A stretch of 64,000 bases of DNA from an uncultured delta proteobacterium (GTDB lineage: Bacteria; Myxococcota_A; Polyangia; Polyangiales; Polyangiaceae): contig CAWAIF010000003.1 in assembly GCA_963782055.1 (NCBI GenBank), positions 1,056,001 to 1,120,000 of the forward strand, written 5' to 3'. A model generated the notes under the pieces. That model had not been told where the DNA came from, searched no databases, and saw nothing but the letters and a program-made list of their open reading frames with translations. Of this stretch, positions 10,211 through 19,220 are shown one piece after another. Positions within the stretch are counted from its first letter, which is position 1. The number at the start of each line of letters is the position of its first letter. The position numbers and the translations under genes are program-made.

Positions 10211-10831
10211 TCACTTCTTGGCGCCCTGGAGCACCATCAGGTGGAACTTGTTGAACTCGTTCTGCCCGAGGGTGAAGAGCACCTCGACGAGCAGACGGTA
10301 GGGCGTGCCGGCGTCGGCGATGACGATCGCCTCGCTGCCGCTGGCGTCCTTGCCCTGCGCCTGGCGGATCTGCCGGTCGGTGTCGCGCCAGGCCTTCACC
10401 GTCTGGCCGAGCTTGGTGATGTACAGGTCGTTCGGCCCGCCCCGCTTGTACTTCGCCTCCACGCCGTGCGTGGCGTCGGCGGGCACGTCGACGACGGCCT
10501 CGTCCTCGACCAGGATCTTGCTCTTGGAGATGATGATGGGGACGCCTTCCTCGGCGGCCTCCGTCGTCAGGACGCTCTTCGGCATCTGCAGGTCCTTCGA
10601 CTGCGGGAGCGACGCCGAGGACTGGCTCATGCTCTTGAGCAAGAACACCAGGATGATGGTCATCATGTCCATCATCGCGGTGATGTTGAGGAAGTTGATC
10701 TCCGGCTCGAGGGCCCGGCGGCGGACCTCCTTGCGGAGCATGCGCTTGTAGGTGGCCATGCTCGCCGGCTTCTGGCGAGGCTGCGGAGCGAGCTGACCCG
10801 GCGGCGGTTGCTGAGGTCCGTGCGGTTGCAT
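10211..10831 (-). CDS. aglS: ExbD/TolR-family motor subunit, AglS-like
   Basis: LNITAMMDMMTIILVFLL with the conserved TM Asp; IADAGTPY periplasmic motif; third gene of a TolQ-TolR-TolR triad. Confidence 0.75.
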   Translation of the reverse strand: MQPHGPQQPPPGQLAPQPRQKPASMATYKRMLRKEVRRRALEPEINFLNITAMMDMMTIILVFLLKSMSQSSASLPQSKDLQMPKSVLTTEAAEEGVPIIISKSKILVEDEAVVDVPADATHGVEAKYKRGGPNDLYITKLGQTVKAWRDTDRQIRQAQGKDASGSEAIVIADAGTPYRLLVEVLFTLGQNEFNKFHLMVLQGAKK

Positions 10832-10835
10832 GGGC

Positions 10836-11390
10836 TTACTTGGCGAGACCGAAGTTGACGTCGGGGAAGAGTGCCTTGCCGTCCGACGTGTCGCGGAGCG
10901 CGTCGATGGTGCTGATGACGGCCTGGTACGGGATGTTCGGGTTGGCGCTCACCGTGACCTGCGTCTCGTCGGCGAAATCCGCCGAGGAGTTCTTCAGGCT
11001 CTGGGCGCACTTGTTGAGGGCGGCGTAGTCGTACTCGTCCCCCCTCTTGGCGATGGCGAGGCCAGGGCCGACGTCATGACAGCCCGGGGCCACGTTGCCG
11101 CCCTTGGCCTTGAGGCTGAAGCCGTCGTTGACGATGAGCACCGCCAGGCCGAGCGTCGGCTTCGTCGGCGGGCGCGCCGCCGACCCACCCGCCTTGGGCG
11201 GGAAGGTGTCGATCGTCGCGGTGAAGGTCACCGTCACGGTGGCGAGCACGAACATCAGCACGTTGGTGATGATGTCGAGGAAGGGGACGATGTTGAGCTC
11301 GCCGCCCTCCTCGTCCGGGGACATCTCCGTCGGCGCGGAGAGCCTGCGGATCTTGCTCCGCTGCGCGGCGCTGAGCTTTTCCTCCGCCAT
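10836..11390 (-). CDS. aglQ: ExbD/TolR-family motor subunit, AglQ-like
   Basis: GELNIVPFLDIITNVLMF with the conserved Asp; PYQAVISTID motif. Confidence 0.75.
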   Translation of the reverse strand: MAEEKLSAAQRSKIRRLSAPTEMSPDEEGGELNIVPFLDIITNVLMFVLATVTVTFTATIDTFPPKAGGSAARPPTKPTLGLAVLIVNDGFSLKAKGGNVAPGCHDVGPGLAIAKRGDEYDYAALNKCAQSLKNSSADFADETQVTVSANPNIPYQAVISTIDALRDTSDGKALFPDVNFGLAK

Positions 11391-11490
11391 CAGCGACCCC
11401 GACTCACGGTCCGTGAATCAATCCCACCCGACGCGCGGCGGAGGGCCCGCGCGGGGAGGGACGGCGCGCGCCGCCCCTGCGACGCGTCAT

Positions 11491-11521
11491 GAGAGGGATG
11501 TGAATTCATTCACATCCTCTC
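11491..11521. repeat. AT-rich inverted repeat abutting the aglR-like stop codon
   Basis: GGATGTGAA(11496-504)-TTCA-TTCACATCC(11509-17), extendable to GAGA/TCTC with a one-base bulge. Confidence 0.75.
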
Positions 11522-12215
11522 AGTAGCCGCCGGGGCGGGTCTGGATCGTGAGGAGGTTGAAGACGCGCTCCTGCGTGGCGTCCAGGTCGTGCTGAATGTT
11601 CTTCGAGCGCTGGTGCAGGATGAGGTGGGCGATCATGCACGTGACGGCGATGCCGAGGCCGAACGCCGTGTTGTACATGGCCTCCGCGATGCCGTTCGCC
11701 AGGATGCGCTGCTTCTCGGCCTGCGAGAGGCCCTGCGCGGCGACGGCGCCGAAGGTGTGGATCAGACCGAGCACCGTGCCGAGGAGGCCGACGAGGGTCG
11801 CGATGTTGGCCAGTGACCAGAGGGAGCCGACGCGCTTCTCGACGGCGGGCTTCAGCTCGCCGATCTTCTCGCTCATCGCCGCGTCGATCTCGTCGGGGCC
11901 CTTGTTGGCGTGCGTGAGGCCCGCCTTCACGAGCTGCAGCGTCGGGTAGTCGCCCGCGTCGCACAGCTTGATCGCGCGGTCGATGTTACCCGCGGTGACG
12001 AGCTTCTTGACCTGCGCGAAGAACTCCTTGGAGTTGACGCGGTACTTCGTGAGCTGGAAGGCCGCCCGCTCGATCACGATGGCGATGACGACGGCGCTGA
12101 CGACGAGGTTGATGGAGAGGAAGGTCGGGTTCTGCTTGAACGCCTCCATCAACCCGTTGCTATTGCCACTCGTCTCCGCTGCTGCAGGGGCCCCACTCAG
12201 GAGAGCAACGAACAT
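11520..12215 (-). CDS. aglR: MotA/TolQ/ExbB proton-channel subunit, AglR-like
   Basis: ATG 12215 with AAAGGAG RBS. LWSLANIATLVGLLGT and GIAEAMYNTAFGL motifs. Confidence 0.8.
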   Translation of the reverse strand: MFVALLSGAPAAAETSGNSNGLMEAFKQNPTFLSINLVVSAVVIAIVIERAAFQLTKYRVNSKEFFAQVKKLVTAGNIDRAIKLCDAGDYPTLQLVKAGLTHANKGPDEIDAAMSEKIGELKPAVEKRVGSLWSLANIATLVGLLGTVLGLIHTFGAVAAQGLSQAEKQRILANGIAEAMYNTAFGLGIAVTCMIAHLILHQRSKNIQHDLDATQERVFNLLTIQTRPGGY

Positions 12216-12884
12216 CCCCGACGCTCCTTTCGAACTCGATTCACTCGACTGCGCACCCCGCGATTGCCGCGAGGGACAAGGTTTTCTTCTTGATGCGACA
12301 CGCGACATCGACGCCCATCGAGCGCGGTGCAGCGCGTCGCGAGGCGACCAGGTTTTGCGACGATACAGCCTCGCGATCGGCGAAGTCAACGACACCACTG
12401 GGCCAACCCGCATCCCGACCCGGCTGGCTCGACTTTGAGCGGGCTGGATTCCATGTACATCAAAAAGTTAGACAAACACACGATAACTGTAAGTTTTTTC
12501 GTTCCCGATCAAGCTGCTCAGGCGACGAATTTCACCCAAAGTCTATTGACTCTCTTCGGTCTGACCCTGCATGCTGGCTCGGCGCGTGCCCGCTCGCTTC
12601 GTGCGATCCGGGCCAAGCATCTCTCACCAACTCAGCGGGAGAGCGAAGACCGACCCGGGCACCTTTCGTCGTACGAGCTTGCGTCGCCTCTTCGCGTTCA
12701 GATAGTCTCCCATCGCTTCGCTATTCTGCCCCACGACGTTTCGCTTCCGCACCTGGCATGCGAACCGACCAAGAGAGAGATCGTCGCAACGTTCCGGGGC
12801 TTGACTTCACCAAGGTCTGACGCGCTCAAACGCTACGCGCCCGAGTCGATGAACGAAGGGCACGGTTGAGGAGGACGATATCCA

Positions 12885-13538
12885 ATGGCTGCGATCTGGA
12901 AGCACTTCAGGGACGGTGGATGGGGCATGTACCCCATCGTTTTGTGGTCGATTCTGACCATCGGTATCATCATCGAGCGCGCCCTCTACCTGTTCGGCTC
13001 GTCGATCAACAAGGACGTGTTCCTTGCGACGATGCAGAAGTGCATCCTCGCGGGTGACGTGGCGAAGGCGGTGAAGATGTGCTCCGCCGCCAACGCGCCG
13101 CTCGCGCGCATCGTGCAGGCGGGCCTGGTGAAGGTGAACCGCCCGGACGAGGAAGTTCAGGCGGCCATGGACGAAGCGGCGCTCCGCGAGATCCCGAAGA
13201 TCTCCAAGCGCACGGGCTTCCTCGCCCTCCTCGCGAACCTCGCGATGCTCTCCGGTCTGCTCGGCACCGTGTCGGGTCTGATCCAGAGCTTCGGCGCGGT
13301 CTCCGGAGAGAGCGTCGACCCGAGCCAGAAGGCGCGCATCCTCGCCGAAGGCATCTCCGAGGCGATGAACTGCACCGCCTTCGGCCTCATCGTCGCCATC
13401 ATCGGCCTCATCGGCTTCGCCGTTCTCAACGGCAAGACGCAGAGCCTCGAGGACGACATCAACGAGTCCAGCGTGCAGGTGCTCAACCTGGTGGTGACCA
13501 ACCGCCAGAAGGTGAACCTGGGCGCGGTCCAGGGCTGA
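12885..13538 (+). CDS. MotA/TolQ/ExbB proton-channel subunit (second triad)
   Basis: GGWGMYPI, GLLGTVSGLI, GISEAMNCTAFGL; GAGGAGG RBS. Confidence 0.93.
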   Translation: MAAIWKHFRDGGWGMYPIVLWSILTIGIIIERALYLFGSSINKDVFLATMQKCILAGDVAKAVKMCSAANAPLARIVQAGLVKVNRPDEEVQAAMDEAALREIPKISKRTGFLALLANLAMLSGLLGTVSGLIQSFGAVSGESVDPSQKARILAEGISEAMNCTAFGLIVAIIGLIGFAVLNGKTQSLEDDINESSVQVLNLVVTNRQKVNLGAVQG

Positions 13539-13543
13539 TTCAA

Positions 13544-13583
13544 CCTCACACCCCCCTGACCCCCTCTCCGGAAGGAGAGGGGG
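13544..13583 (+). repeat. REP-like palindromic element, copy 1
   Basis: CCTCACACCCCCCTGA-CCCCCTCTCC-GGAA-GGAGAGGGGG. Confidence 0.75.
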
Positions 13584-13599
13584 CTCATGAGAGGATGCC

Positions 13600-14178
13600 A
13601 TGGCAGGCGTAGACGTAGGCGGAGGCGGCGGCGGCGGACGCAAGAAGCTGGACTCGGAGATCAACATGATCCCGTTCATCGACTTGCTCATGGTGACCAT
13701 CTCCTTCCTCCTCATCACGGCGGTGTGGTCACACATGGCCCGCATCAACGCGGACGCCCAGGTTCCCGGCCCGCCTCGCCCTGACACCGAGGTGAAGCCG
13801 AAGGAGCCGGAGAAGATCCTGCACGTGGAGATGCGCTCTCCGGACAAGTTCGTGCTGGTCTGGAAGCAGGGCGCCCAGGTCGTCAACTCGATCGACGTGC
13901 CCCGCAAGGACGACCTTCAGGTCACCAACGGGGCGAAGAAGATCCGCTACCCGGACCTCGCGAAGAAGATCGAGAGCGAGTGGAACAACTCGGGCTCGCA
14001 CCGCGACCCGACGGACACGAAGCTGGACCAGGCGGTCCTGCACACCGACAACGACACGCAGTACGTCTACCTGATCGGCGTCATCGACGCGATCTACCAG
14101 ACGCACCGCAAGCTGAACCTGCCGAGCGGGAAGACGGAAGAGATGCCCGCCTTCAACGTCACCTTCGCGGTGAACTGA
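13600..14178 (+). CDS. ExbD/TolR-family protein
   Basis: EINMIPFIDLLMVTISFLL with the conserved Asp. Confidence 0.92.
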   Translation: MAGVDVGGGGGGGRKKLDSEINMIPFIDLLMVTISFLLITAVWSHMARINADAQVPGPPRPDTEVKPKEPEKILHVEMRSPDKFVLVWKQGAQVVNSIDVPRKDDLQVTNGAKKIRYPDLAKKIESEWNNSGSHRDPTDTKLDQAVLHTDNDTQYVYLIGVIDAIYQTHRKLNLPSGKTEEMPAFNVTFAVN

Positions 14179-14194
14179 GCCGAGGACCCGAGAG

Positions 14195-14737
14195 ATGCCG
14201 CTTCACGAGCCCGGCCGACGCCTGATGCACTTCATCCCGTTGCCCTACGTCACCAAGAAGGTGGTGGGGCACGGCGGACGCAACGTCAACGCCGGCCTGT
14301 CGCTGACGTCGATGATCGACTTCCTCATCGTCGTCGTCGTCTTCCTGCTGATGACCTTCGCCGCGTCGGGGCAGACGCCCATCGCCAAGGGCCTCCACCT
14401 GCCGCAGGCGGAGAACACCCTGGACATGATCGACGCACCGATGGTCGCCATCAACGGCAACCAGATCCTGGTGGACGGCGCGGCCGCGGGCAACACGCAC
14501 TCCATCGAGGACAGCAAGCGCCTGCAGCGCATCGAGGAGCTGTTCAACGTCCTCAAGGGCAAGCGCGAGGTCTGGCGGCAGCTTCACCCGGGCAAGGACT
14601 TCCCCGGCGTGGTGGTGCTCCAGGTGGACCAGGACGTCCCGGCGGTCGTGGTGAAGAGCACCTTCCAGACCGCGGCCTTCGCCGGCTACCCGAACGTCAG
14701 CTTCATGGTCAACCAGCTGCCCAAGTCGCACCACTGA
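14195..14737 (+). CDS. ExbD/TolR-family protein
   Basis: LSLTSMIDFLIVVVVFLL with the conserved Asp; LQVDQDVP motif. Confidence 0.92.
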   Translation: MPLHEPGRRLMHFIPLPYVTKKVVGHGGRNVNAGLSLTSMIDFLIVVVVFLLMTFAASGQTPIAKGLHLPQAENTLDMIDAPMVAINGNQILVDGAAAGNTHSIEDSKRLQRIEELFNVLKGKREVWRQLHPGKDFPGVVVLQVDQDVPAVVVKSTFQTAAFAGYPNVSFMVNQLPKSHH

Positions 14738-14762
14738 CCCAGCCCGGCTGCACGACGAGCAG

Positions 14763-14801
14763 AGGCCGCGGGGCGAGGTAGCCCGCGGCCTTTCTCTTTT
14801 T
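14763..14801 (+). terminator. Intrinsic terminator after the second triad
   Basis: AGGCCGCGGG / CCCGCGGCCT stem followed by TTCTCTTTTT. Confidence 0.75.
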
Positions 14802-14811
14802 CCGGACAAGC

Positions 14812-15837
14812 ATGCCTGCACCGCCCCCGCCGAAGAAGAAGCCCGGACTCCCCGCGATCTACGAGGGCCGCGAGAAGCGCAAGAAGGGCAGCTTCAGCCG
14901 GCCGACGAGCAGCGTCTGGCTGGTGGTGCTGGGCGGGCTCGTGGCGTCGCTGCTCGCCTATCACTTCGTCTCCAGCCACCAGCTGGAGAGCGCGCGCGGG
15001 GCGCTCCTCGCCAAGCAGCGGGCGGTGGACACCACGGTCGGCGTCGAGTGGGCGCCGCTGCGCGACCGGATCGAGAAGTTCGTGACCGAGCAGTCGGGGG
15101 CCTACGCGGGCGACATGGTCGACCCTGCGGCGCGGCAGTGGGACTTCCGCGAGCAGCCGGGCATCTACCTGCGGCTGGAGCTGAAGGACGCGGCCACGCC
15201 GGAGGCCATCCGCGCGGCGGCGGGAGACTCGCTCAAGGACGCCTTCGCCGCGTGCCTTCTCAAGACCGAGAACCCGGGCCTCGCCGCCGGCGTGCCCGAC
15301 GCCAGCACCTTCCCGGAGCAGCCGTGGAACCTGCGGCAGGCATACGCGTCGACACGCATCCTGACGCCGGCGTGGGTGTCGGAGGTGAAGGCCGCCGAGG
15401 ACCCGCTGCGCCTTCGCGTCTTCCAGCAGCAGTACGAGAAGGCGGAGTCGATGGAGATCCCCGAGGCGATCCGCATCATCAAGCAGGCGCAGTTCTTCCT
15501 GCTGGTGCTGGACGAGCCCGCGGCCGAGGGGAAGGCCGCGGAGGCCCCCGCGACCGCCGACGCCGGGGCGACGGGGCTGGAGGCGCTGGAGCTCGTGCCC
15601 CACTTCGCGCGGGTGTACGTGCTCGACCTGCGCGACAACCACGAGATCCTCCGCCTGCGAAGGATGGCGGAGGGGAAGTTCTTCTTCACGGGGCGCCCCG
15701 CCAGCGACCCGGAGACGGTCGATGCCGTGAAGCGGCAGGTGAACAACTGCGCGCTCGCGCAGGACGTCCGCCTGGCGATCGCGCCGCCGCCGGCGCCGGC
15801 AGAGAGCGACGGCGGCGCGCCGGAGGCCGCACCCTGA
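14812..15837 (+). CDS. Hypothetical single-pass membrane-anchored protein
   Basis: Basic N-terminus, one TM helix, natural amino-acid composition and GC3 bias. Confidence 0.8.
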   Translation: MPAPPPPKKKPGLPAIYEGREKRKKGSFSRPTSSVWLVVLGGLVASLLAYHFVSSHQLESARGALLAKQRAVDTTVGVEWAPLRDRIEKFVTEQSGAYAGDMVDPAARQWDFREQPGIYLRLELKDAATPEAIRAAAGDSLKDAFAACLLKTENPGLAAGVPDASTFPEQPWNLRQAYASTRILTPAWVSEVKAAEDPLRLRVFQQQYEKAESMEIPEAIRIIKQAQFFLLVLDEPAAEGKAAEAPATADAGATGLEALELVPHFARVYVLDLRDNHEILRLRRMAEGKFFFTGRPASDPETVDAVKRQVNNCALAQDVRLAIAPPPAPAESDGGAPEAAP

Positions 15838-16464
15838 TCAGCGCAGGGTGTCGCCAACGTCGACGGCGTGCCCGCCGAAGATCTGCTGCCACGCCACGAC
15901 GAAGCTGACGACGAACGCGCGCTGCTCCGGCGTGGACGGGTCGGCGCCGGAGAGGGCGCCGTCGCTCCAGCGCAGCGTGGCGTGGACGCCGAGCAGCGGC
16001 CCGCTCGCGCGCGGGAGCAGAGGAAACTCCAGGCCCAGGCCGAAGGAGAGGCCGCCCACGCTGGCGAAGCCGCGGCCGGGCGGCTGCGCGGCGAAGGCGC
16101 CGAGCTCGAGGGCGAGCGAGTCGATGAGCAGGTCCACGCGCGGGCTGCCGAGCTCGTGGCCGGTGAGCCACCGGCCCAGAAAGAGCGGGCGCAGCTCGAG
16201 CCCGCCGGCGAGCACGCGCGCCGGCGCGGCGTCGCCGCCGAAGCCCTCCTCGTAGGTGAGGAATATACCTGCACTCTGCAAGTATCGCAGGCGGAGGTCG
16301 GCCGCGCCGCGCGGGCCTCGCGCGCCGGCGACGACGCCGAGCGCCCCGCGAATGGCCATGTCGCCGTCGATGCGGCCGTACGTCGTGTCGGCCGCGGCGT
16401 GCCGGGCCGCGCCGGCGTCCATCAGCGTCATGGCCGCGGCCAGGAGCGCGTCAGCGGGGAACAT
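15838..16464 (-). CDS. Hypothetical exported protein, possibly a small outer-membrane beta-barrel
   Basis: Signal-like N-terminus and alternating beta-strand pattern (DLRLRYL, GLELRP, GLGLEFP); overlaps the HD gene stop. Confidence 0.7.
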   Translation of the reverse strand: MFPADALLAAAMTLMDAGAARHAAADTTYGRIDGDMAIRGALGVVAGARGPRGAADLRLRYLQSAGIFLTYEEGFGGDAAPARVLAGGLELRPLFLGRWLTGHELGSPRVDLLIDSLALELGAFAAQPPGRGFASVGGLSFGLGLEFPLLPRASGPLLGVHATLRWSDGALSGADPSTPEQRAFVVSFVVAWQQIFGGHAVDVGDTLR

Positions 16465-17752
16465 CGTCCGTCAGCCTCCGGGTGATCTCCTCCCGGAGCT
16501 CCGGCGCGAGGATCAGCCGCACGCGCGACAGCTCCTCCCCCGCCAGCCGGGCCAGGAGGAAGGACACCTCGCCGAGCGGCCGCGCCGGGCCCTTCGCGTA
16601 GACGACGAGCGGCTCCTGACCGCCCTCGAAGGGGACGTCGCTCGCCACGTCCAGGTCGACGTAGACCTCCGGCTCCAGACCCTGCTCGGCGGCGACCTCG
16701 CGCGCGAGGGCGAGGGCCTTCAGGCGCCCCTCCGCCGTGGCCTGATCGCCGAAGAGCTCCAGCGTCTTGAAGAGGGCGCGGCGCCGCACGCGGCGGGCGA
16801 GATCGGCCAGCGGGGCGTCCTTCGCTCCCTCCCACGCGTGCATCGTGACGGTGAGCAGGGCGTCGTCCAGCTCCAGGTAATCGCCGAGCGGCACCTCTTG
16901 CCCGTGGGCGGCGAGCTCGATCACCCGGGGCACGGCCGGGAGTCGCGCGCCGTCGCGGACGAGGCGCGCCGCGCGCCCGAGGACGGCGCGGATCATCCAC
17001 TCCGCGGCGCGCGTCGCCTTGTGGAGGTAGACCTGCTGGAACATGAAGAGACGCGAGACCAAGAACGCCTCGATCGCCGGGAGGCCCTTCGCGCCGTCGA
17101 TGGCGAGCGAGGGCGCGCGCTCGGGATCCGCCGCGGGGGCGAAGCGCAGGCTGCGCAGCAGCCAGTCCAGGTCGAACACGCCGTAGCGGACGCCCGTCGC
17201 GTGGGCGTCGCGCAGCAGGTAGTCGCAGCGGTCGACGTCGAAGGTGCCGCTCACCGATCGCGCCAGGTAGGGCAGCGGGTGCTCGCCGCGCACGAGCGCC
17301 GCGACGCGCCCGGGCAGGCCCCCGTCGCGCGAGGCGAGGATCTGGTGCACGCTCGTCGACGGGTCCAGGAGGATGCGCTCGGTCCACTGCTCGTGGTGGG
17401 GGATGCCCGGGATGGCGTCCTCGAAGAGGTGCGAGAGCGGACCGTGGCCGAGGTCGTGGAGGAAGGCGGCGGCGAGCGCCTCCTCCGCGGTGTCGCTGGT
17501 GATCTGCTGCCAGAAGGGGAGGTCGCCCTGGATCGCTCGCAGCCGCGCGACGAGCTGCTTCATCACGAAGGCCGCGCCCACGGCGTGGGCGAAGCGCGTG
17601 TGCTCGGCGCCGGGGAAGGCGTACGACGCGACGCCGAGCTGCCGCACGCGGCGCAGCCGCTGGACCTCCGGCGTGTCCATGAGGCGCTCGATGAGCCGCT
17701 CCTCGTCGGCCTCGAAGGAGACGAGTCCGTGGATGGGGTCGCGCAGGATCAT
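16451..17752 (-). CDS. HD-domain phosphohydrolase (SAMHD1/dNTP triphosphohydrolase-like)
   Basis: Start ATG 17752 inside track ORF. RDPIHG, QRLRRVRQLG, EHTRFAH, LHDLGHGPLSH, DVDRCDYLLRD, VYLHK motifs. Confidence 0.93.
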   Translation of the reverse strand: MILRDPIHGLVSFEADEERLIERLMDTPEVQRLRRVRQLGVASYAFPGAEHTRFAHAVGAAFVMKQLVARLRAIQGDLPFWQQITSDTAEEALAAAFLHDLGHGPLSHLFEDAIPGIPHHEQWTERILLDPSTSVHQILASRDGGLPGRVAALVRGEHPLPYLARSVSGTFDVDRCDYLLRDAHATGVRYGVFDLDWLLRSLRFAPAADPERAPSLAIDGAKGLPAIEAFLVSRLFMFQQVYLHKATRAAEWMIRAVLGRAARLVRDGARLPAVPRVIELAAHGQEVPLGDYLELDDALLTVTMHAWEGAKDAPLADLARRVRRRALFKTLELFGDQATAEGRLKALALAREVAAEQGLEPEVYVDLDVASDVPFEGGQEPLVVYAKGPARPLGEVSFLLARLAGEELSRVRLILAPELREEITRRLTDDVPR

Positions 17753-19083
17753 GGGGCGCGCGTCTCCGCGACGGTGCCGTCGTCCTCGTAGACGCGCACG
17801 CGCAGCGCGGGGGCGCTCTGCGCGATGTCGGCGAAGGTGGCGATCTTCGCCGGGCCGCCCAGCGTGCGGGCGGCGTGCCACGAGGCGGCGAAGGGTGCGG
17901 CGGCCTCCCCCGCGGTGTCGATCGCCCAGGCGAGCGGCTCGCTCGGCTCCAGCAGGATGACGCGCGTGCCGAGCAGGTGCTTGTCCAGGCCGACCCGCGC
18001 GCACCGCGCGGCCGGCTCCTCGCAGCCCACGTACTCCACCGTCGGCACGAGGCCCCTGCGGATCAGACGGGCCCGCCCGTTCGCGAGGGCGACGGCGCCG
18101 GCGTCCGCGGCGACGACGCGCCGGCCCGCGAGCGCCGCCGCCTCCGCCGTCGTGCCGCTCCCCGCGAAGAGGTCCACCACCACGCCGTCCTCGGGCGAGG
18201 CGCAGCGGACGATGCGGTCGAGCAGCGCCAGCGGCTTCTGGGTCGGATAGCCGGTGCGCTCGGAGGGCGGCGCGTGGCGCAAGGGCGGCACGTCGTTCCA
18301 CAGCGTGTCGACGCGACGCTCGCGGCACCAGCGCCCCTCGTCGTCCTTCACCATGAAGTACTTGATGTAGACGCGGCCGGAGGCGGTGCGCAGCACGCGC
18401 CCCTCCTTCTCCAGCCTGGCGATGGATGCGTCGGTGTAGTCGCCGCGCGGCGCGGAGGTGAAGGGCCGGCCCTCGTCGTCGAAGCGGATGGCGCGCTCCT
18501 CGATGGGCTCGAGCCGGGTCGGCGGCCGCAGCTTCGCCGCCGGCCCGCCGTAGACCAGGAGCGTGTCCAGCGTACGGCCGAACTGTCCGCTCGCCGCCTG
18601 CCGGCCGAGGTTGGGCGCGCGCCGCCACACGATCTCGTTCTTGAAGGCGTCGCGCCCCATGATCTCGTCCAGCACGACCCGCACGAGGTACGCCGAGCGC
18701 CAGTCGAGGTGGACCCAGAGCGTGCCGTCCTCGCGCAGCAGCCGCGCCGCGGCCTCGAGGCGCGGCGCGAGCATGTCGAGGTAGGCGCCCACGCCGCCGT
18801 TCTTCCCGTTCCACCGGTCCTCGTAGGCGAGCGAACGGCGCGTGCGGCCGTCGGCCACGCCGTCCATGCGCGCCTCGGCGACGTAGTCGGTCTGCGATGC
18901 GTAGGGTGGGTCGACGTAGACGAGGTGCGCGCGGACGTCGCGCTCGTCGAGCAGCGCGGCCGTGTCGAGCGCGTCGCCGACGAGCCAGGTCACGCGCGGG
19001 TCGCCGCGCTCCCAGAGGCGCGCGGGCTTCGGCGACGGAGCGGCGCCGGGGTCCCACGCGCGTCCCTCCCACGCCAGACGCAT
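17749..19083 (-). CDS. Site-specific DNA methyltransferase (N6A/N4C, beta class, Mod-like)
   Basis: Catalytic DPPY near the N-terminus; GYPTQKP and DLFAGSGTT near the C-terminus; ATGA overlap with the HD gene. Confidence 0.92.
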   Translation of the reverse strand: MRLAWEGRAWDPGAAPSPKPARLWERGDPRVTWLVGDALDTAALLDERDVRAHLVYVDPPYASQTDYVAEARMDGVADGRTRRSLAYEDRWNGKNGGVGAYLDMLAPRLEAAARLLREDGTLWVHLDWRSAYLVRVVLDEIMGRDAFKNEIVWRRAPNLGRQAASGQFGRTLDTLLVYGGPAAKLRPPTRLEPIEERAIRFDDEGRPFTSAPRGDYTDASIARLEKEGRVLRTASGRVYIKYFMVKDDEGRWCRERRVDTLWNDVPPLRHAPPSERTGYPTQKPLALLDRIVRCASPEDGVVVDLFAGSGTTAEAAALAGRRVVAADAGAVALANGRARLIRRGLVPTVEYVGCEEPAARCARVGLDKHLLGTRVILLEPSEPLAWAIDTAGEAAAPFAASWHAARTLGGPAKIATFADIAQSAPALRVRVYEDDGTVAETRAP

Positions 19084-19220
19084 GGGGTCGCGCCGGCGCG
19101 CCCGTCGGTGGCGGGCGTGGACCGAGGGGGATCGCGCGGACACGCGGGCATGGTAGCGCAAACGTCTCGCCGGGGGGGCCGTGCGGTCCCGGCTCGAAAA
19201 GGGTGTATGCTGCCAAGGTC

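Noticed and set aside
12290..12869. ORFs of 176-180 aa in the divergent intergenic region
   Set aside because: Lack the host GC3 bias and any recognisable motif; treated as non-coding.
17753..19216. Apparent 921-aa HD protein
   Set aside because: The upstream part is an off-frame shadow of the methyltransferase; not a fusion.
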